Origin: Limisphaerales bacterium
GTDB lineage: Bacteria > Verrucomicrobiota > Verrucomicrobiia > Limisphaerales > SIBE01
Length of the DNA stretch: 38,230 nt
Reading direction: 5' to 3'
NCBI GenBank assembly: GCA_044225505.1
Contig: JBGAIN010000075.1
Coordinates: 1 to 38,230, forward strand
The notes beneath the pieces were generated by a model that was given only the letters and a program-made list of their open reading frames with translations, did no database searches and had not been told where the DNA came from. This document shows, in pieces, positions 1 through 10,300 of the stretch. The position numbers and the translations under genes are program-made. The first letter of the stretch is position 1. Every line of letters begins with the position of its first letter.

Positions 1-1
1 G

Positions 2-3000
2 ACCGTCACGGACGGCGGTGACAACGGTGATGCTGCAAAATCGACCACTACCAGCTTCGTGTTGACCGTAAACGCAGTTAACGACGTGCCTGGCATTACC
101 GCAGTTGGCAACGACAACGCCAATCTGAAGAGCTTCCCATCCAACGGAGACCCCGCCGGGGATGTTGACATCTTCGAAGACTCTGGCAGCACCGCCGATG
201 ATACCAAGGGACAACGGACCATTGTCCTCAACGGGATCTTCCCTGGTCCTTCCAATGAAGCCAGCCAATCGACCACCATCGTGGCGACCTCCAACAAGCC
301 TGACTTCGTCTCGATCGTGAAGATCGATCCGGCGACCGTCTCAGGCGCAACGGCGAATACAACCTTGACCGTCAAACTGGGTGAAAACAAATGGACGCCC
401 GCTGATGGTAAGGTTGAAATCACGCTCGTCCTGACCGACAACGGCGGCACGGACCTTGGTGGCAACAACACCACGACCCGCAAGTTCATTATCAACTTGA
501 AGCCAGTCAACGACACGCCGTCGCTGACATTCCCGACGCTTCCTGCGCCGATCGCACCAGCGACTCTCTCGGAATACAACGTTCCGAAGAATCGTTCGTT
601 CACGCTCCCGATGAGCTTGAGTGATGTTGAGACGGCGAAAACGCTGATCAATATGAGCGCTTCGGTTGCGGGAGATACCGCCGGCAAATTCCCGGATGGG
701 GCGATTCTCTTTGACCCAGGCCGCACTGTAGTCACGTTCATCCCGAACAATAACGCGGTCACGCTCCCATATTCAGTTGATGTGACCGTAACAGCGACTG
801 ACTTAGGCGCAACGAACACCGAAGGTCCCGGATCATCGACGGAAACCCGTCCGATCTCTGTGACCAAGACGTTCCGGGTCACCATTCGCGACATTGAACC
901 GCCGACGATCACTTCGTCCTCAACTGATATCCAAATTGACGAAGACAATGTTGCAACTGGCACTCTGACGCTGGCTGACAATCATCCGCTTAACAATCTG
1001 ACCTTCACGGTCAAATCCGATAACCCGGCACTCGTTCCGAACGACGGCATTATCCTCGGCTCGTTGTCCGGTGGCGGCGCCTTGACGGGCTCGCGCACGT
1101 TCGCGATCGTCCCTGCTGCTGACCAGAACGGCGTCGCAAACATCACGATCACTGCGAAGGATGACGAAACCATCGAATCCTCTGTGACGATCAAACTGAC
1201 GGTTCGTGCCGTGAGTGATCGCCCGACCTTGACACTGCGTGGAATTATAACGCCGATCCCGGTCGTCGGTGGCGGTTCGCAAAACGCCAGCATTACAATC
1301 CTGGAAGACAAGGCGACGAAGGACGATAGCACCGACTCCAAACTCCTGGAATTCGATATGTCGGACGCAATCAACGAAACACCAGTTAACCTGCTGCAGA
1401 TCACTAAGGCCTCCAGCAACACTGACTTAGTGCCGAATGACAACATTGTGATCAGTGGAACCGGAACCCGTCGCACTCTGACGGTCACTCCGGCAGCCAA
1501 CAAGAACGGAGCTGCCACGATCACCATCACGATCACCGACGAGAGTGGTCTTAGCGCTGCCGGTCAGTTCGTGCTCAACGTCACGCCGGTCAACGACGCG
1601 CCCACAATTAACGGGCTCCCGAACTTGGCCCTTGACGAGAATGCACCCGAACGGACTGTCAACCTTAGCGGCATCACGATCGGACCTGACCCTGGCACCG
1701 GGCCGGCTCAGACACTCGTGAGTGTAGTTGCGACAGCCAAGGATAAGCGCTCGGACGATGTCGTCGTGAACAACATTATCGACATCACTCCAGGGACTAT
1801 CGTGGTGGACGGCAACGGCAATTCGTCCTTCAAGTTCCGTCCAAAGAGCTTCGCGAATGGAACCAGCATCATCACCGTGACGGTAAGTGATAGTGGTGGC
1901 ACAGCGAACGATGGCAAAGACACCGCTTCGACCAGTTTCGAAGTCAGCGTCAACAACATCAACCAGTTGCCGACCATTTCGTTCCAGCAGGCTGGTGCAA
2001 TCGATGCCGATACGGATGTTACCATCGCTGCCGGCGCCAGCAGCGGCGTCGTTCCGTTCTATGTCAATGACTCACCTGAAACTGCGCCGGAAAACCTGGT
2101 TGTCACAGCGACCTCGTCGAACACAAACCTAATCCCGAATAACAATGCCAACCTACAGCTGGGTGGCACATTCGGAACTCGCAGTATCGTCATCACCCCG
2201 GCCGCCGGACAGTCCGGGACCGCAGTCGTCACGCTAACCGTGACTGACGCGCAAGGTGGTTCGAAGACCGCAATCATCAATGTTACCGTGACCCCGGGAT
2301 TGAATCCGACGATCACGCTGACGCCGAATACGCAACAGATTGGTGTGAATCAGTTCTCCGATCTGATCCAGATCAATGTTGGAGATGGCCAAACGCCCCC
2401 TGCCCAATTGAAAACGGGATATCAAGAGTCTGGTCTTATCTCGAGCGACAATCCGGCATTGGTGCCAGCATCACCTTCGAACATTCAGTTCGGAGGTTCT
2501 GACGCAAATCGCGTTGCCATCATCCTCCCTACCAAAGATCAAACGGGAACTGCCAACATCACGTTCACCGTGAAAGACGGCGACGGTCGAACCAGCTCTG
2601 CGGTCTTCAAGCTGGTCGTGTTGGGTTCGGCTCCGACGATCTCTCAGGCCACTCCTTCGAGCGTCAACGTGGATCCAGGCAAGAGCTCGCCGGCTGTGTC
2701 GGTGACTGTCTCTGACAAAGAGACGTTCCCAGGCCTGCTGGATGTGAAGGGCAAGTCGTCTGACACCACCGTCATCGCCGACAACAACATATTCGTCCTC
2801 GGCAACAGCGGAAACCGCTCGGTGACCGTTCTCGCGGGCAGCAAGGGTGGTTCTGCAACCATCACGCTGACTGTGACCGACTCCGAAGGTCAAACTGCGA
2901 CGACAAGCTTCGTCGTGAACGTTGCTGACAGCAATCGCGCCCCGACGATCACCTCGATCGGCTCACAGACCACCACACAGAACAAACCCACTGGTTTGAT

Positions 3001-4024
3001 CAACTTCGTGGTTGGCGACAGCGAGACAACCGCAGCCGACCTGAAGGTGACTGCGAGCTCCGCGAACACCACGCTCGTGCCTAACGCGAACATCTCTGTG
3101 CTCACATCGCAGAGCAATCCGGCGAGCCGTAGCTTGATTATCACCCCGGCCAACAACCAGACGGGCACATCGCTTATCACGGTGACTGTAACCGATGGTG
3201 GCAACAAGACAGCGAGCACGAGCTTCGCACTTACTGTGACCTCGACCTCGGTGGCCAACGACTTCAACGGTGACGGAACCCAAGACATTATCCTCCAGGA
3301 CAATGCCGGATTCCTCGCTGCTTGGTTCATGAGCGGTGACTCGGTCGCATCGACTGGGTTCTTGACTCCGAATAACGTCGGCGATATCGGCTGGGCTGCT
3401 ATTGGCTCGGGCGACTTCGATGGCGACGGCAAACCTGACATTCTGTTCCAACATACCGACGGTTCGCTGGCGGTGTGGAAACTGAATGGCACCACCTTAG
3501 CCTCCTCTGCGTTCCTGATCCCAGGAAACAGCGGCAGCAAGGATTGGAAGGCAGTCGCAGTGGCTGACTTCAACAAGGACGGCAAACCTGACATCCTGTT
3601 CCAGAACACCGATAGCAGTCTGGCGATCTGGTATATGGACGGCGTCAACCTGATCCTGGTCGCTCCGCTTAAACCCGGCGCTTCTGGCAAGGGTTGGGTG
3701 GCAGTTGCCGCGGCCGATATCAATGGTGATACGAACACCGATATCGTGTTCCAACACACGGATGGCACCTTGGCCGTCTGGTACTTGATCGGTGGCAACA
3801 ACCTGTTGCTCTCCGGTTTGATCACCCCTCAGAACCCAGGCGACGTGAACTTCCGCGTCGTGGGTACGATTGACCTCAACGGTGATGGGAAGGCAGACCT
3901 GCTCTTCCAGAACCGTCAAGATACCTCGATCGCTGTGTGGTATATGAACCGCGAGAAGCTGATCGTTGGCAAACTGCTCAGCCCATCGTCGCCTGGTGGA
4001 ACCTGGCGAGTGGTCGCCCCGTAA
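2..4024 (+). CDS. Large surface/secreted protein (5'-truncated): about 9 tandem Ig/cadherin-like domains plus 5 C-terminal FG-GAP/VCBS repeats
   Basis: The frame is open from position 2 (TVTDGGDNGD...), so the true start lies outside the window. Recurring (V)NxAPTI...SSNxxLVPxxNI...TITVTVTD units. C-terminal repeats DFNGDGTQDI, DFDGDGKPDI, DFNKDGKPDI, DINGDTNTDI, DLNGDGKADL. Confidence 0.85.
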   Translation, partial: TVTDGGDNGDAAKSTTTSFVLTVNAVNDVPGITAVGNDNANLKSFPSNGDPAGDVDIFEDSGSTADDTKGQRTIVLNGIFPGPSNEASQSTTIVATSNKPDFVSIVKIDPATVSGATANTTLTVKLGENKWTPADGKVEITLVLTDNGGTDLGGNNTTTRKFIINLKPVNDTPSLTFPTLPAPIAPATLSEYNVPKNRSFTLPMSLSDVETAKTLINMSASVAGDTAGKFPDGAILFDPGRTVVTFIPNNNAVTLPYSVDVTVTATDLGATNTEGPGSSTETRPISVTKTFRVTIRDIEPPTITSSSTDIQIDEDNVATGTLTLADNHPLNNLTFTVKSDNPALVPNDGIILGSLSGGGALTGSRTFAIVPAADQNGVANITITAKDDETIESSVTIKLTVRAVSDRPTLTLRGIITPIPVVGGGSQNASITILEDKATKDDSTDSKLLEFDMSDAINETPVNLLQITKASSNTDLVPNDNIVISGTGTRRTLTVTPAANKNGAATITITITDESGLSAAGQFVLNVTPVNDAPTINGLPNLALDENAPERTVNLSGITIGPDPGTGPAQTLVSVVATAKDKRSDDVVVNNIIDITPGTIVVDGNGNSSFKFRPKSFANGTSIITVTVSDSGGTANDGKDTASTSFEVSVNNINQLPTISFQQAGAIDADTDVTIAAGASSGVVPFYVNDSPETAPENLVVTATSSNTNLIPNNNANLQLGGTFGTRSIVITPAAGQSGTAVVTLTVTDAQGGSKTAIINVTVTPGLNPTITLTPNTQQIGVNQFSDLIQINVGDGQTPPAQLKTGYQESGLISSDNPALVPASPSNIQFGGSDANRVAIILPTKDQTGTANITFTVKDGDGRTSSAVFKLVVLGSAPTISQATPSSVNVDPGKSSPAVSVTVSDKETFPGLLDVKGKSSDTTVIADNNIFVLGNSGNRSVTVLAGSKGGSATITLTVTDSEGQTATTSFVVNVADSNRAPTITSIGSQTTTQNKPTGLINFVVGDSETTAADLKVTASSANTTLVPNANISVLTSQSNPASRSLIITPANNQTGTSLITVTVTDGGNKTASTSFALTVTSTSVANDFNGDGTQDIILQDNAGFLAAWFMSGDSVASTGFLTPNNVGDIGWAAIGSGDFDGDGKPDILFQHTDGSLAVWKLNGTTLASSAFLIPGNSGSKDWKAVAVADFNKDGKPDILFQNTDSSLAIWYMDGVNLILVAPLKPGASGKGWVAVAAADINGDTNTDIVFQHTDGTLAVWYLIGGNNLLLSGLITPQNPGDVNFRVVGTIDLNGDGKADLLFQNRQDTSIAVWYMNREKLIVGKLLSPSSPGGTWRVVAP

Positions 4025-4057
4025 TACGGGCCGATCATTAAGTAGCAATTAATTCAC

Positions 4058-4094
4058 GCCACCCCGGGCAACGTGCCCGGGGTGGTTTTTTATT
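4058..4094 (+). terminator. Rho-independent terminator
   Basis: Perfect 12-bp stem ccaccccgggca-acg-tgcccggggtgg followed by ttttttatt, about 35 nt after the stop at 4024. Confidence 0.9.
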
Positions 4095-4134
4095 GGTGGC
4101 ACTCGAGTCTAGTGAGTCAGGTGCTGTGTATGGA

Positions 4135-4932
4135 ATGGACCCAAGAATGAATACAATCGCGCTTAATCGAGAGATCGAGTTCCCAGTCCTGTTCGAGAAC
4201 CGGTCATGCTTGGCGATCGATAAGCCAAGGGGTTGGATCCTGGCACCCGACACCTGGGATAGAACGGGACGAAATCTCCAGCTAGCTCTCGCAAGTGCGA
4301 TCCAAGGCGGGGCTCCTTGGGCGAGAAGCCGGAGGATTAAATACCTCCGCTACGTGCATCGATTGGATTCCGAAACGTCGGGGGTCTTACTCCTAGCCAA
4401 AAGCAGCGGTGCGTTGAAACAGTATAGTGAGCGTTTTCGACGACGCGAGATTGGGAAGGCTTATCTGGCTGTAGTTTGCGGACGTCCAGCAAAGTCGGAA
4501 TGGACTTGTACCGCTCGACTCGAGCCTGACTTGAATGCACCCGGGAAGATGAGGACATCTCTGCGCACGGGAGAGCAGGCTGAAACCCGATTTCGACTAG
4601 TGGCCAGTGTTGGGAATCTGAGCCTTATCGAAGCGGAGCCGATCACCGGGCGAACGCATCAAATCCGCGTCCACTTGGCTTGGGATCGCCTTCCTATCGT
4701 CAATGACAGGCTATATGGGATGATGAGTAATGCTATCCCAATCGGTGTTGGAATGGGTCTCCGGGCTGTGGGATTGTCATTTGACGACCCATTCGAACAT
4801 CGGCCCATTCGGGTGATTGCCCCTTTTGGGCAGTTCCTGGCCGATTACGGATTCGCGGCCGATGCTTGGACTGACCGCGGATGGTCAAGACCTCGACGGT
4901 CCCGACCATCGGAAGAGCCTACAAATCGATAG
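4135..4932 (+). CDS. RluA-family RNA pseudouridine synthase
   Basis: Motifs DKPRG, VHRLDSETSGVLLLAK (catalytic Asp) and TGRTHQIRVH. Start uncertain (ATG 4135 or 4147). Confidence 0.9.
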   Translation: MDPRMNTIALNREIEFPVLFENRSCLAIDKPRGWILAPDTWDRTGRNLQLALASAIQGGAPWARSRRIKYLRYVHRLDSETSGVLLLAKSSGALKQYSERFRRREIGKAYLAVVCGRPAKSEWTCTARLEPDLNAPGKMRTSLRTGEQAETRFRLVASVGNLSLIEAEPITGRTHQIRVHLAWDRLPIVNDRLYGMMSNAIPIGVGMGLRAVGLSFDDPFEHRPIRVIAPFGQFLADYGFAADAWTDRGWSRPRRSRPSEEPTNR

Positions 4933-4991
4933 TAACGATTCCTCGTTCGAAATTCGGTTGAATTGCTATCGCCCTTCAATGATCTTAAACC

Positions 4992-5375
4992 GTGGCCAAA
5001 AATGTTCTAGGACGAGGATTGGGAGATCTCCTGCCACAAGGCAAGACCCGGCAAGGCCGTGCTTCGGAAGACGGCAACCAATCAGAGGAGCAACCGAGTT
5101 ACGGGCCAGGGTTGCGAGTGCTGGTGAATGATAGATCTGAAATTGGCACAAAGCCTGAGGAACGAACCGATTTGCCAGCCCGCCCAGGTCCCCGAGTGAT
5201 TCAGGCGGCTCTGATTTGTGGTGATTGTATCGGCTTGGGATTGGTCATCTGGGCAAGCTCGCGGCTCGGTCCAAATTCCAACGGATGGGATATCATCGTT
5301 AAGATTGCCGCAGTTGGATGCGCCGCCTGGCTCGGTGTATTAGCTCTCATGTTGGGTTTCCGGCGGATTCAATGA
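4992..5375 (+). CDS. Small membrane protein with ParB/Spo0J-like N-terminal peptide and two C-terminal hydrophobic helices
   Basis: N-terminus MAKNVLGRGLGDLL, a charged/Pro-rich linker, then hydrophobic stretches VIQAALICGDCIGLGLVIW and IIVKIAAVGCAAWLGVLALML. Confidence 0.7.
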   Translation: MAKNVLGRGLGDLLPQGKTRQGRASEDGNQSEEQPSYGPGLRVLVNDRSEIGTKPEERTDLPARPGPRVIQAALICGDCIGLGLVIWASSRLGPNSNGWDIIVKIAAVGCAAWLGVLALMLGFRRIQ

Positions 5376-5530
5376 GCCCACTCGCGTCTTCCAGAGGTGG
5401 GCAGACTCACTCACCGACAGCGGACGATAGGACGGATATCAACCCAATGCGCTTTAGAGCTTTCTCGATGTATTCATTCCCACAAACGATTTGGAAACAA
5501 GAATGGGGAAAGCTCGTCAACATATCCAAC

Positions 5531-6274
5531 GTGACGCTGCCTGGGTTTCCAATTGTGGTGGCGTTGTGTTTAGCGGTCTCTGGCTTGCGCGCAACGGCAC
5601 AGGACGCCGGTACCCTCATCGAGATGGCGCCAACCGTCGCTGCCGTCCTGATCCAAAGCCTGGCAAAATGTCAGCCCTTCACTGCCGTGATGGAAGTTCG
5701 TTTCACCGATGGAGCAACCCCAACAACGAGCACAGGCTCCGGAAAGCTTGCGTATCGAGCGGGTGAACTGCGCTGGGAAGTGAAACTCGCCGACCTCAAT
5801 TCGCCTCAACTTAGTACAAACGCAAAGGCAGCCATTCGTAGTATCAATGGCGAGAAATTCCTGTTCCTATCCGATCCGCGGAGGCATGTGGGAAATGTAA
5901 TTCTACCTGGGGCACAAGCCTATTTGGAGCAGGCCTTACCCGAACTCAAGGGAAGAGCTGCCAAAGGAACGCCTACTGCCGAGACGATATGGGCAGGATC
6001 GGCTCTAAAGAAAAAGATCTTGCTTCGGGCGGCAGACGGCACCACCAACACCGCGGTGGTCTGGCGGCTGAAAGGATCCAAAGACTTACCCGCTCAGATA
6101 CAATTCACGAATTTTGGACAAACCGTTCGCATTCAACTGAAACAGCCAGAACTCAAAAGCCTGCCCAGTGCAGATTTCAAGATTCCAACCGGATTGACGA
6201 AGTACAACAGCGTGGAGGACCTCATTCAGTCCGTAGTGCTCACGCGCATGAAGAAGCGATTGGGAGTGGAGTAA
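5531..6274 (+). CDS. Exported hypothetical protein (possibly DUF4412-like)
   Basis: Signal-peptide-like PIVVALCLAVSGLRATA-QD and C-terminal ADFKIPTGLTKY. Start uncertain: GTG 5531 fits the signal peptide, while an in-frame ATG at 5372 overlaps the upstream stop. Confidence 0.6.
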   Translation: MTLPGFPIVVALCLAVSGLRATAQDAGTLIEMAPTVAAVLIQSLAKCQPFTAVMEVRFTDGATPTTSTGSGKLAYRAGELRWEVKLADLNSPQLSTNAKAAIRSINGEKFLFLSDPRRHVGNVILPGAQAYLEQALPELKGRAAKGTPTAETIWAGSALKKKILLRAADGTTNTAVVWRLKGSKDLPAQIQFTNFGQTVRIQLKQPELKSLPSADFKIPTGLTKYNSVEDLIQSVVLTRMKKRLGVE

Positions 6275-6632
6275 AGGGGAGGCGGTTCGCAGAGGGTGAC
6301 CTGTTTCACCTTCGAGATGTCCAAATAGAACGAGTTGGCCTGCTCGACCTTGACCTGCAGTTTCACAAACCTGAGACATCGAGCGTAGGAAAGGTGCTAA
6401 AATCCTCACCGTTTTTCGCGAAAATCGGAAGCAGGTAGCAGTCTGAGGGCACGATTTGTTAGTGGTGCTAATCTTTCGAAGATGCGTTAGGCGTTCTGTA
6501 TTAACTACTTCGCGCTTTCAAGCTCGCCGCATGGACAGGCTCTTTGGCTTCTTCTGCAGAGAGCAGGGAACCGCCTCAGGGCTGTGATCCATCCTTCGTG
6601 CGAAATGGAATCACGGCTGCTCATAGTGGAGT

Positions 6633-7025
6633 ATGACGTGGTTAGATTTGGCTAACCTCCTGTTCGAGAAAAGTAACGCGCTTAGCCCTCGTGGGGCTCA
6701 TTTGCACTTAGATACGGCAGGTTGGTTCCGAACATGGACGCCCCATCAGAATCAGGTTGCGGATTCCGCGGCCCGTCATTTTGCGAAGTACCTCAACTGG
6801 CCGGAGACCGATCCCGAAGTCGCTCAGCAACTCTACTTTCGAAGCCTGTTCGCGCTCGAGGCCTGCATCGAATCCAACGGCCGGAGCAGCAGAAAGCCTC
6901 CATGCACAACGGCCCAACAGAAAGTCCTGGAAGGACTGCTAATAGACGCATGGCATCTCGAAGGACTTGAATGGGCGGCTAAGCGCTACCCAATAAAAAC
7001 GCCAGCCCACCGATACACGCGATAA
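6633..7025 (+). CDS. Hypothetical protein
   Basis: 130-aa ORF with ggag just upstream of the ATG; helical-looking, Trp-rich; no family recognised. Confidence 0.5.
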   Translation: MTWLDLANLLFEKSNALSPRGAHLHLDTAGWFRTWTPHQNQVADSAARHFAKYLNWPETDPEVAQQLYFRSLFALEACIESNGRSSRKPPCTTAQQKVLEGLLIDAWHLEGLEWAAKRYPIKTPAHRYTR

Positions 7026-7369
7026 GTTCGCCGTAGTCACGGTTGTCCGATTGGCTGCGACATCACAGCACTCGCCCCAGGTAAGGTAGGGCAGGCCACC
7101 CTACAACTTCTCGCGGAATCAATTCTCACCAGCCCGGCTGATTCGGTTCGAAAGGTTCGACGCGTTCCTTGACCCTCCGACATCCGTGAAAATCCCTGGT
7201 GCACAAAACGAGGCTTTCAACTAAAGTGTCGAGGCTTGGCTGATCAGAATGGACGCCGAGCTGAGCGCGATAGAGGGCGACCAGCCTTAAGTGGCTTGAG
7301 GGGGAAAGAAGGAGAGCCCGATCGCCGCGAGCATCGTGACTGCGATGGATGCTGCTGAGCGGACTTGCT

Positions 7370-10300
7370 ATGTGGATCGTTCGACTTGCACTTAATCGAC
7401 CCTATACATTCGTCGTAGGAGCTATCGTGCTCTTGCTTCTAACGCCGTTCGTGTTGCTGCGCACTCCCACGGATATATTCCCTGCCATCAACATCCCTGT
7501 GGTCAGCATCATCTGGCAATACGCCGGATTGAACGCGCAGGAGATCGAGCAGCGCATTCTATACAATCACGAACGCTCGCTTAGCGCCACGGTCAACGAT
7601 ATCGAGCATATCGAGTCAAACGCCTACAACGGTGTTGGGGTGATCAAGGTCTTCCTGCAACCTGGTGCCTCGGTCGATGCGGGCGTTGCGCAAATTACCG
7701 CCATCGCCCAAACCATCCTTCGGCAGCTTCCACCCGGGCAAACGCCACCGCTTGTCATCCGCTACAATGCATCGACCGTTCCGATCATCCAATACGGCGT
7801 GACCAGCCGCCAACTCTCAGAGCAGGAGCTATACGATTTTAGTCAGAACCAAATTCGCGTCGGGTTGGCTACCGTGCAAGGAGCTGCGGTCCCGTGGCCA
7901 TACGGAGGAAAGACTCGAATAGTTTCGGTCGACTTGGATTTAGCGGCGCTTCGCGCCAAGAACCTATCCGCTCAGGACGTAGTCAATGCAATCAACGCGC
8001 AAAACCTTATCTTCCCGAGTGGCACGGCCAAGATCGGCACGACCGAGTTCGATATCGAACTGAACACGAGTCCACGAGTTCTCGAGGAACTCAATGACCT
8101 GCCGATCAAGACTGTGCAGGGAGCGACAATTTACGTGCGGGACGTCGCCCAGGTTCGCGACGGCTACCAACCTCAACAGAACATCGTCCGTAAGGACGGA
8201 ATGAGAGGAGCGCTGCTGACTGTCCTAAAAAGCGGGTCGGCATCGACCTTGGATGTTGTCCAGCGTGTGAAGGCAGCCATGCCACGAATACTCGCCTCTC
8301 TTCCTCCAGAGTTGGACGTTAAAGAGTTTGCAGATCAGTCGCTATTTGTAGAGGCGGCGATTAGTGATGTCGTCAAAGAAGGGGTGATAGCTGCCGCTTT
8401 GACCGCGCTAATGATTCTGCTGTTCCTGGGTTCCTGGCGAAGCACGTTGATTATCGCACTCTCGATACCCTTGTCCGTGCTCAGCTCCATTGCCATTCTG
8501 AGTGCCTTAGGTGAGACCATCAATCTGATGACCTTAGGAGGCCTCGCTTTGGCAGTCGGCATTCTGGTGGATGACGCTACGGTTGCCATCGAGAACATTC
8601 ATCGCCATATGGCGGCGGGTAAAGCCCTGGATCTCGCGATTCTGGATGGCGCGCAGGAGATTGCCCTGCCTGCATTCGTCTCTACCTTGTGTATCTGCAT
8701 CGTCTTCGTGCCGATGTTCTTCCTTACCGGTGTATCGCGGTACCTGTTTGTTCCGCTAGCGGAGGCGGTCGTGTTTGCCATGTTGGCGAGCTACCTCTTG
8801 TCTAGAACATTGGTCCCTACTTTGGTCATGTGGTTTTACAGGAATGCGGATCACTATGCCGAGCACGAATCATCTGCGGAGCGTTCGGTGTGGATGATGC
8901 CGTTCTCAGCGATCCATCGTGGATTCGAACGCGGCTTCCGAGCTCTACGCGACAGTTACAAATCCTTTCTTCATTCCATCTTAGAGCGGAGGGTTGGATT
9001 CGCATGCCTATTCACTACCTTCTGCTTGGGCTCGTGCCTTTTGCTTCCTCAGCTCGGGCAAGACTTCTTCCCGGCGGTCGATGCGGGTCAGTTTCGGCTG
9101 CACCTTCGCGCGAGAAGTGGCACTCGAATCGAGGAAACGGCCAAGCTAGTCGATGAGGTCGAGGCCGCGATTCGGGATGAGATACCCAGGGATGAACTGG
9201 CGGGGATCCTGGACAACATCGGTGTCCCTAGTTCCGGGATCGCCTTAAGCTATAGTAATAGCGGCTTAATCGGGACAGGTGACGCCGATATCCTGGTCTC
9301 GCTCCAGCCTGACCACGGATCCACCGCAAGATACGTCCGCCAATTACGGGCACGCCTCAACAGGCAGTTTGCCGGGACAACATTCTATTTTCTGCCCGGA
9401 GATATCGTCAGCCAGACCCTAAATTTTGGGCTGCCAGCTCCATTCAACGTCCAGATTATGGGGAGAGACCAAGCGAAGAACCGTGAGATAGCCACTCGCC
9501 TGGTCGAAAAAATCCGACAGATTCCTGGTGCTGTCGATGTGCGCGTTCAGCAACCGGCCGACCAGCCGAAGTTAAGGTTTACGATCGACCGGACCAAAGC
9601 CGCTGGGATTGGCCTCTCCGAACGTGACGTGGCCAATTCCGTGCTCCTAACACTGAGCGGGAGCGGTCAGGTTCAACCTGCCTACTGGTTAAACCCTCGC
9701 TATGGAATCCAGTACCTCGTCAACGTCCGCGCGCCAGAGCGTGCTTTGGACTCAATCGAAGCTCTGAACACCATCCCCGTCAGCGCCGGCCAGGCTGGTG
9801 AAGGCAATGGGCAAGTTCTTGGAAACCTAGCCTTCCTTACTCGCACTAATGGTCCGCCGGTGATCTCGCATTACAACGTCACGCCCGTCATTGACATTTT
9901 CGGTGGTGTGAGCGGCCGGGACCTCGGCGGCGTGTGGCGTGACATGAAACCCCTCCTGGCTCAAGCGGAAAAGGAATTGCCTCGCGGCAGTTTTCTGATG
10001 CTTCGTGGTCAAGTGGAGACGATGCGCTCCAGCTTTGTGGGACTGACCTACGGTCTCGTCCTGGCCGTCGTATTGATTTACTTCCTGCTGGTCGTGAATT
10101 TCCAAAGTTGGGCCGATCCTTTTATCATCATTTCGGCTTTGCCTGGAGCCTTGGTCGGAGTGGTCTGGGCCCTCTATCTGACTCTTACGACGGCCAGCGT
10201 TCCTGCTTTAATGGGGGCGATAATGAGTCTAGGCGTGGCTACGGCCAATTCCGTTCTCGTTGTCAGCTTTGCCCGAGACCAACTCCGCCATGGGGCGGAT

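Noticed and set aside
2890..3825. 311-aa and other antisense ORFs over the surface protein
   Set aside because: Shadow frames expected from biased codon usage in the repeat protein; no independent motifs.
6285..6385. Minus-strand protein-like fragment FVKLQVKVEQANSFYLDISKVKQVTL
   Set aside because: Short, with an in-frame stop upstream, no convincing start or RBS, and no family recognised.
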